Source: Verrucomicrobiales bacterium (lineage in GTDB: Bacteria > Verrucomicrobiota > Verrucomicrobiia > Verrucomicrobiales > V1-33). Taken from it: a stretch of 64,000 nt of DNA. Below are positions 58,247-64,000 of the stretch, piece after piece. Each line of letters begins with the position of its first letter. Position 1 is the first letter of the stretch. Location: positions 8,785 through 72,784 of the forward strand of contig DASZQB010000120.1 of the NCBI GenBank assembly GCA_035550135.1, given 5' to 3'. The position numbers and the translations under genes are program-made. The notes beneath the pieces are model-generated. The model made no database searches. It saw only the letters and a list, made by a program, of their open reading frames with translations, and was not told where the DNA came from.

Positions 58247-58558
58247 TTAGTGGCGGTGGGAATGTCCGCGATGCGAGTGCCCGCGGTGGGAGTGGCCGCC
58301 GCCGATATGGAGATGGATTCCAGAACCATATCCGTAGCCGTAACCATAGCTGGCGCGGGGATAAGAGCGGCTCACCACCACCCAGCGATACACGGGGCAA
58401 CCGTCATAGGCGCGGCCCACGCAGCGGTATTCCCAGTGCAGGCAGGTGCCGCAACTGTCATAAGTCACCCGGGTGCGGCAACCGCCCGCTTCAGCGGTCG
58501 AGGGAGTCAGGACTGCGAACCCGAGAAGAGCGGCGAGGGCGAGAGAAAACTTTTTCAT
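58247..58558 (-). CDS. Small secreted Cys/Tyr/Gly/His-rich protein
   Basis: MKKFSLALAALLGFAVLTPSTAEA signal peptide; YGYGYGYG; (GHSHR)x3 tail. Confidence 0.8.
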   Translation of the reverse strand: MKKFSLALAALLGFAVLTPSTAEAGGCRTRVTYDSCGTCLHWEYRCVGRAYDGCPVYRWVVVSRSYPRASYGYGYGYGSGIHLHIGGGHSHRGHSHRGHSHRH

Positions 58559-58648
58559 GGCGAATTGGACGGTTGGGGATGGATTTCGATTTTGTTTTTT
58601 CGGAGATCCGAAGACCGGCCTTAAGGCCTGCCGGTGGATTCCGAAATT

Positions 58649-58674
58649 TCAGACGGGGCCTTCAGCGGATTATT
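58649..58674 (-). promoter_or_regulatory. Putative ECF-sigma promoter
   Basis: Minus strand AATAATCCGCT-N8-CGTCTGA about 91 bp upstream of ATG 58558. Confidence 0.45.
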
Positions 58675-58917
58675 CAGCATTTGCTGAAAATATTTCTGAA
58701 CCCCGCGCATAGTGCTCCTGCCGATTCATTAAACGGTGCCAATTCTCACCAGTCGGAATACGGATGTTGGAAATACCCTCACGGGTGCGCGAGCAGCACC
58801 GGGCTGGATGACTGCATACCTCTAAACGCCGAATACCTTTCTTCCGGCGCGTACAGCTCCCTTACAGCTTGTCCCGAAGGGAATATCTGCCAAACGGGAC
58901 AACGACCGATGGGCCAC

Positions 58918-59154
58918 CTACTCGTCCCCGTCTTTGCCAATGGCCTCCACGGGGCAGCCGGCGAGGGCTTCATCAGCGGCGGCGCGCTCTTCGTCGGTTT
59001 CGGGCTGTTTGTACACGAAAGAATAGCCGCCGTCGTTTTCACGGGTGAAGTTTGCGGGTGCCGTCTCCCGGCACAGGTCGCAATCGATACACTGGTCGTC
59101 AACGTAGTAAGCTCCGGAGGCGTTTTCTTTGTGTTTGTTGTCGCGGTCAGCCAT
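58918..59154 (-). CDS. Ferredoxin (single Fe-S cluster type)
   Basis: YYVDDQCIDCDLCRETAP...CPVEAIG. Confidence 0.93.
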   Translation of the reverse strand: MADRDNKHKENASGAYYVDDQCIDCDLCRETAPANFTRENDGGYSFVYKQPETDEERAAADEALAGCPVEAIGKDGDE

Positions 59155-59353
59155 TTCTAAATGGAGTGGGAGGGTGGAAGGGTCGAGCGTAGGGGGATAC
59201 TTCTTGTCTTGCAATGTCTTTTTTAGAACGGTAAGTCATGAAACCCATTCCACCGCCGCCGGTGCGGAGTGGGCTGAGAGCAGTGCGGAAGGTCTTGCAG
59301 GCTTCCCGCCGTTTTCCCAGGCAAGTCCGGCGGGAATTTTTCATCCCCAAGGC

Positions 59354-60463
59354 ATGTCCAAACACCAAAAACCCGGTTCCTCCTCAGGGAAGGCTCCCGG
59401 ATCGAATCCCGGTCCGCCGGAGGATCAAACCGCGCCCGTTCCGCCGCGGGGCGCAGCGATGTCGGACGAGGACCTTAATTTGGATGATTACGACGAGCGC
59501 CCGCAGCCGAAGCCCAGACTGCCTGATCACCGGAAAGAGTCGCCCGCTTACGAGGTCGGTGGTCCGGTTCACGGGGCGCGCGAGGAACCCGTGCCGCCCA
59601 CTCTCGGTTCCGATCTGTTTGAATCCACCACGACCGTAGGCGCCGGCGGCTGGGAGCCCGCCACGTCCGAAGAGATCGCGGACTATGATTTGTCAGGTGC
59701 GGGAACGGGAAATGCGCCGGTGGAGCAAAAGCCCGCGGCCGCGCCGGCTCCCGCGACAAAGAAAGGGGCGGAGGAGGTGAATGACCTCGAGGAGTTCATC
59801 GCCCGGACCGCTGCGGACACTCCGGCTGCGGACAAACCTGCGAGAGTCCGGCGTCCGCTAAGCCTTGTTGAGAAAGTCTGCTGGGGAGCCGGAGCCGCGG
59901 TTCTGCTGATGCTGGGTATTTGGCTGATGCGCGCCGCTGTTTCCTCCGCCGACGCAGGTCCGGCCCGCAGTTTGCCAAAACCGGATCTACCAATGAAGGG
60001 AGCGCTCATTACCATCCCCTCAGCTGCCGGCGAATGGCGCAAGAGCGTGAAGGACGCCGACCGGCTGGAACAAATCGAAGTGATTCTTCCCACTCCAGGA
60101 CACTACGAGCCGGGGATTATTCCGGAACTTACTTTCTCCATTGATTCCAGCGCCAGCACCAACGGGTATCTCCGCATTATCTTCAGGGACAGTGACAACA
60201 AACCGCGCGGTGACACCCGGGTGGTGCAGGTGACGAATGGAAAACTGGTGGATCAGCCCGCGGTTGGCGCTTTCAAGAACGGCACCGACGCGGCGGTGTA
60301 TTGTTCGTCGGGACTCTTCGATGAAAGCGCGTTTCGAGCCTATGCGAACGGTGACGAGCGGCGCTGGTCAATCGAAATCGCCGAAAGCACGTCCTACAAT
60401 TCCGATGACAAGGACTGGAAGATTCTGGGGACGTTTGACGTGTCAAACAACCTCGCGCAGTAA
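59354..60463 (+). CDS. Single-pass membrane hypothetical protein
   Basis: Acidic, disordered N-terminus, TM VCWGAGAAVLLMLGIWLM, beta-rich C-terminal domain. Confidence 0.75.
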   Translation: MSKHQKPGSSSGKAPGSNPGPPEDQTAPVPPRGAAMSDEDLNLDDYDERPQPKPRLPDHRKESPAYEVGGPVHGAREEPVPPTLGSDLFESTTTVGAGGWEPATSEEIADYDLSGAGTGNAPVEQKPAAAPAPATKKGAEEVNDLEEFIARTAADTPAADKPARVRRPLSLVEKVCWGAGAAVLLMLGIWLMRAAVSSADAGPARSLPKPDLPMKGALITIPSAAGEWRKSVKDADRLEQIEVILPTPGHYEPGIIPELTFSIDSSASTNGYLRIIFRDSDNKPRGDTRVVQVTNGKLVDQPAVGAFKNGTDAAVYCSSGLFDESAFRAYANGDERRWSIEIAESTSYNSDDKDWKILGTFDVSNNLAQ

Positions 60464-60555
60464 GGCATTTCCGCGACACAAAGGTTTTCTTTGCCCCCGG
60501 GCGTCTGTGGCGCTCCGGTTTCTGATTTGTCCCTCAACCCTTTCCGTTTCAACCT

Positions 60556-61407
60556 GTGAGTCAGCCATCCATCAGCCCGTCCGAAGCCGCACCTTCGCTG
60601 CCTTCCCTCGCTCCCGCGGAGGGCTGGCATGTGCTGCATCTTTTCTATCACATCGAGCATTCCCACTGGGATGTTCTTTCTGCGGATGAACAGATCCGTG
60701 CCAAAACGAATCTTGCGCGCCTTGTGCAGGAGATTCGCGCCACGCCGCAGACGCAGTTGCTGGTCTTTTCCATGCTCACGCCGAAAGCGGACATCGGGTT
60801 CATGCTTCTCACGCCGGATCTGCATACCGCCAACGCTTTTGAAAAGAAGCTCACCCGTTCGCTTGGCACGGATGTCCTAACCCCCTCCTACAGCTACCTC
60901 TCCATGACGGAATGGACGGAGTATGTGTCCTCGGAGGAGGAGCATGCGGCCAAAGTGACGGCGGAGAAGGGATTCCAGGCCGGCACGCCGGAGCATGCGG
61001 CGGAGATGGAAACATTCCACAAGCACATGGCGAAATACCGCCAGGACCGTCTGTATCCCAACATGCCGGACTGGCAGATTTTCTGCTTTTATCCGATGAG
61101 CAAGCGGCGCAATGACGGCAACAACTGGTACGCGCAGCCATTCGCCGAGCGCCGTAAACTCATGGCCGGCCATGCGACCACCGGGCGCAAATACAGCGGG
61201 CGCGTGCGGCAGTTGATTACGGGTTCGACCGGACTCGATGAGCATGAGTGGGGTGTCACGTTGTTTTCTCATTCCACGTCGGACATCAAAGCCATCGTCT
61301 ATGAGATGCGCTTCGATGACGTGAGTGCGCGTTTTGCCGAGTTCGGCGATTTTTACATCGGCATTCAGTTACCTCTGGATGAACTGTTCCGGCGCGTGCT
61401 GCTCTAA
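60556..61407 (+). CDS. hemQ: Coproheme decarboxylase (ChdC/HemQ, chlorite dismutase family)
   Basis: EGWHVLHLFY, FYPMSKRR..NNWY, LMAGH...GRKY, QLITGSTGLD..EWGVTLF, IVYEMRFD. Confidence 0.92.
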   Translation: MSQPSISPSEAAPSLPSLAPAEGWHVLHLFYHIEHSHWDVLSADEQIRAKTNLARLVQEIRATPQTQLLVFSMLTPKADIGFMLLTPDLHTANAFEKKLTRSLGTDVLTPSYSYLSMTEWTEYVSSEEEHAAKVTAEKGFQAGTPEHAAEMETFHKHMAKYRQDRLYPNMPDWQIFCFYPMSKRRNDGNNWYAQPFAERRKLMAGHATTGRKYSGRVRQLITGSTGLDEHEWGVTLFSHSTSDIKAIVYEMRFDDVSARFAEFGDFYIGIQLPLDELFRRVLL

Positions 61408-61420
61408 CTAAAGATAAGGA

Positions 61421-62203
61421 GTGGCCTCTCTTCTCAAAATCGCTGACCGCACGTTTACCAGTCGCCTCCTCACAGGCACGGGAAAGTTTGGCGCGCCGGA
61501 ACTGATGCGCGACGCGCTCGATGCGAGCGGATGTGAAATCGTCACCGTTGCTCTGCGCCGCGCCGATCTGAGCGGCAAGGGAGACCCGTTTGCGAACATC
61601 CTCGATTTCATCGATCCGAAGAAGTATCTCCTTTTGCCCAACACGAGCGGGGCCAACACGGCGGAGGAAGCCGTGCGTCTGGCGAGGCTGGCGGTGACGG
61701 CCGGATTGCCGAACTGGGTGAAACTGGAGATTCATCCCGATCCGCGTTATCTGCTGCCTGATCCTGTCGAGACGCTGAAGGCCGCGGAAATACTCGTGAA
61801 GGAGGGATTCACGGTGCTGCCCTATATCAATGCCGACCCGGTGCTCGCCAAACGCCTGCAAGATGTTGGCGCTGCAACGGTAATGCCGCTGGGCGCCCCC
61901 ATCGGTTCCAATCAGGGACTGGTGACGCGCCGGTTGATTGAGATCATCATCGAACAGGCCACGGTCCCTGTGGTTGTGGATGCCGGCCTTGGCGCGCCGA
62001 GTCACGCGGCGGAGGCCATGGAAATGGGAGCGGATGCGGTGCTGGTGAATACGGCCATCGCCGCGGCCAGCGATCCGGTGCGCATTGCACGGGCATTTCG
62101 CATGGCGGTGGAGGCGGGCCGCGAGGCGTTCGAAGCCGGACTTCCGGAGAAACTTTTGCATGCCAGCGCCACGAGTCCGCTTACCGGTTTTCTCAACACC
62201 TGA
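61421..62203 (+). CDS. thiG: Thiazole synthase
   Basis: [52 protein letters not shown]. Confidence 0.96.
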   Translation: MASLLKIADRTFTSRLLTGTGKFGAPELMRDALDASGCEIVTVALRRADLSGKGDPFANILDFIDPKKYLLLPNTSGANTAEEAVRLARLAVTAGLPNWVKLEIHPDPRYLLPDPVETLKAAEILVKEGFTVLPYINADPVLAKRLQDVGAATVMPLGAPIGSNQGLVTRRLIEIIIEQATVPVVVDAGLGAPSHAAEAMEMGADAVLVNTAIAAASDPVRIARAFRMAVEAGREAFEAGLPEKLLHASATSPLTGFLNT

Positions 62204-62217
62204 CTGTCTGCTGCACC

Positions 62218-62949
62218 GTGAACGATGATGCCGGTTTCAGTCCAACCGCACGCCATGAAGTGCGGCGGCCGGATTCCCGCCGTCTGTGGCTGGCCGCGGC
62301 GCTGGGGGTTCTCATCTCAGTGGTGGTGCTGGGAGCTTATGTTTATAAGGAACGCAGAGCGCGAGCCGAGCGGGAGTGGCAGGAGGTTTACCGGAAGACG
62401 CAGAAGGGCCTGGCACCCTCCGGCGGGAAGTTCTTTGAAGAGACGGTACTCATCAAGGTCCCGAGATTTCTTCAGAATGATCCGCGGTGGGGTGCCAATC
62501 TTTTAGGGCCTTCCGCCACGGAGACGCTGGGTTCACACGGCTGTGCCGTTTCCTCCGCGGCCATGGTGCTCTCTTTCTACGGCGTGGATACCGATCCGCA
62601 GCGGTTGAACGATTTCCTTAACGGGAACAATGGCTTTACGCCGCAGGCATGGATCGAATGGAAAGTAGCAGTGCTGCTCGATCCGGAACGGGTGACGTTT
62701 GAGTACGAAGACCTGCCCTCCTATTACCTCATCGACTGGAATCTTGAGCGGGGAAATCCGGTGATTGTGCGGCTTGGTTATCCGCCGCCCCGCGAAACGA
62801 GCCATTTCGTGGTGATCTGCGGCAAGAAAGGATACGACTACCTCATCATGGACCCCGGTTCACACGGCAGGACGGAGGCGTATCCTCTTGCGGAGACCGG
62901 CGGCAAAATCGATGCCCTTCGTTACTACGGACCTGTAAAAAAAGGCTAG
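62218..62949 (+). CDS. Membrane-anchored C39-family peptidase-like protein
   Basis: TM; QNDPRW, GCAVSSAAMV, HFVVI, IMDP (Cys-His-Asp). Confidence 0.85.
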   Translation: MNDDAGFSPTARHEVRRPDSRRLWLAAALGVLISVVVLGAYVYKERRARAEREWQEVYRKTQKGLAPSGGKFFEETVLIKVPRFLQNDPRWGANLLGPSATETLGSHGCAVSSAAMVLSFYGVDTDPQRLNDFLNGNNGFTPQAWIEWKVAVLLDPERVTFEYEDLPSYYLIDWNLERGNPVIVRLGYPPPRETSHFVVICGKKGYDYLIMDPGSHGRTEAYPLAETGGKIDALRYYGPVKKG

Positions 62950-62968
62950 GCCAACCCTTCACCCGCTC

Positions 62969-64000
62969 ATGCTGCGCACTTCTCTAACGTGTCTCTTTCT
63001 TCTCTCTGTGATCGCCTCTGCCGACGAACCGTCCGAGGCGGACAAACGCATTGTGCAAACAGTGCAGCGGCTGGCGTCATTCGATTACAGCAAGGCGAGT
63101 CCGAAGACGAAAGAGGCGATCGATCGTTATCTTACGGCCACCGCGGGCAGTGAGGAGTATTTTCAACTGGTGGAGAAGTATGCGGTGACCGGGCAGAAGG
63201 ACACGCTGCTCAACCTCGCCATTACAAAGGCTGGCACTCCTGCGGCCGGGCAGGCGGTGAAGATGATTTACCAACTGGGGCAGGGGAGTGCGGTGAAGGA
63301 AAAGCTGGCGGGTCTTGAGCCTGGGGCGGCGGCGCTCTTCATCGAAGACGTGGCGGGGGTGGGCAGCAAAGAAACCATAGAGCTCGCCGGGGCGGTCCTA
63401 ACGGATGCCAAAACGCCGCTGCCGATGGCGCTGGCCGCCGTGAAGGGACTGGGACGCAACCCCGCGGGCCAGCAGGCGATTCTGGCGGCGGCGCAGACGG
63501 GCAAGTTGCCGGAGGGCGCGAAGTCCGCCGCGGCGTCAGTCCTAGCGACTTCCACGGATGAGAGTGTGCGCACCGCGGGAGCGAAGGTGCTTCCGGTCAT
63601 TACCGCGGCAAATGCGCCGGCCATCGCCGAACTGATGAAGAAGCCGGGCGATGCCAAAAAGGGGGAGGCTGTTTTCCTAACGTATTGTTTTGTATGCCAC
63701 CAGGTGAACGGGAAGGGAATCGATTTCGGTCCGGCGCTCAGTGAAATCGGGAGCAAGCTGGCGAAGGAGGCGATCTTCGATTCGATTCTCAATCCCAGCG
63801 CGGGCATCAGCTTTGGTTTCGAGGGATGGGATGTGAAGATGAAGGACGGCAACCGGTATATGGGGATCATCGCCAGCGAGACGGATGCGGAGCTCTCCGT
63901 TAAGCTTCCGGGAGGCATCATCCAGAAGTGCGCCAAGGATGAGATTGCCAGCCGCGACAAACTAACCGTTTCGCTGATGACGCCTAACATGCATACGGTG
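62969..64000 (+). CDS. Exported PVC-type c-type heme-binding protein (runs off the right edge)
   Basis: Own translation from ATG 62969: MLRTSLTCLFLLSVIASA...GDAKKGEAVFLTYCFVCHQVNGKGIDFGPALSEIG...SILNPSAGISFGF; not in the ORF track because there is no stop in the window. Confidence 0.85.
   Translation, partial: MLRTSLTCLFLLSVIASADEPSEADKRIVQTVQRLASFDYSKASPKTKEAIDRYLTATAGSEEYFQLVEKYAVTGQKDTLLNLAITKAGTPAAGQAVKMIYQLGQGSAVKEKLAGLEPGAAALFIEDVAGVGSKETIELAGAVLTDAKTPLPMALAAVKGLGRNPAGQQAILAAAQTGKLPEGAKSAAASVLATSTDESVRTAGAKVLPVITAANAPAIAELMKKPGDAKKGEAVFLTYCFVCHQVNGKGIDFGPALSEIGSKLAKEAIFDSILNPSAGISFGFEGWDVKMKDGNRYMGIIASETDAELSVKLPGGIIQKCAKDEIASRDKLTVSLMTPNMHTV

Noticed and set aside
58231..59160. 309-aa + strand ORF
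   Set aside because: Overlaps two convincing minus-strand genes and has no recognisable features

Overview
GC-rich bacterial chromosomal window, most likely Verrucomicrobiota. This is inferred from three PEP-CTERM proteins, a CotH/lamin-tail protein, a PVC-type heme protein, a MoxR-DUF58-BatA-vWA cluster and alpha-solenoid 'DPxxAxxW' proteins. Housekeeping genes (coaE, rho, rnd, rsfS, ruvC, dusB, pal/tolB, fabH, selB, hemQ, thiG, ferritin, ferredoxin, tRNA-Thr-CGT) are interspersed with secreted or surface proteins and many palindromic REP/REPIN-like elements. The most striking unexplained structure is at about 49.36-51.60 kb. A lone DUF3987/YfjI-type P-loop NTPase gene is enclosed by long, near-identical terminal inverted repeats. 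Each end consists of a long hairpin plus facing arrays of a 9-bp CCGGGAA(A/T)A iteron-like unit, and no transposase, integrase or primase lies nearby. Other notable items: a WD40-propeller histidine kinase next to a globin and a LuxR-type response regulator, a TrhO-RluA fusion, a membrane protein with an unrecognised 'LPxxxxTLWLxxxxWP' repeat, an HTH/HNH pair bracketed by palindromic elements next to a truncated primase-helicase remnant, and a shared ECF-type promoter motif. All calls come from reading motifs by eye; no database searches were run.
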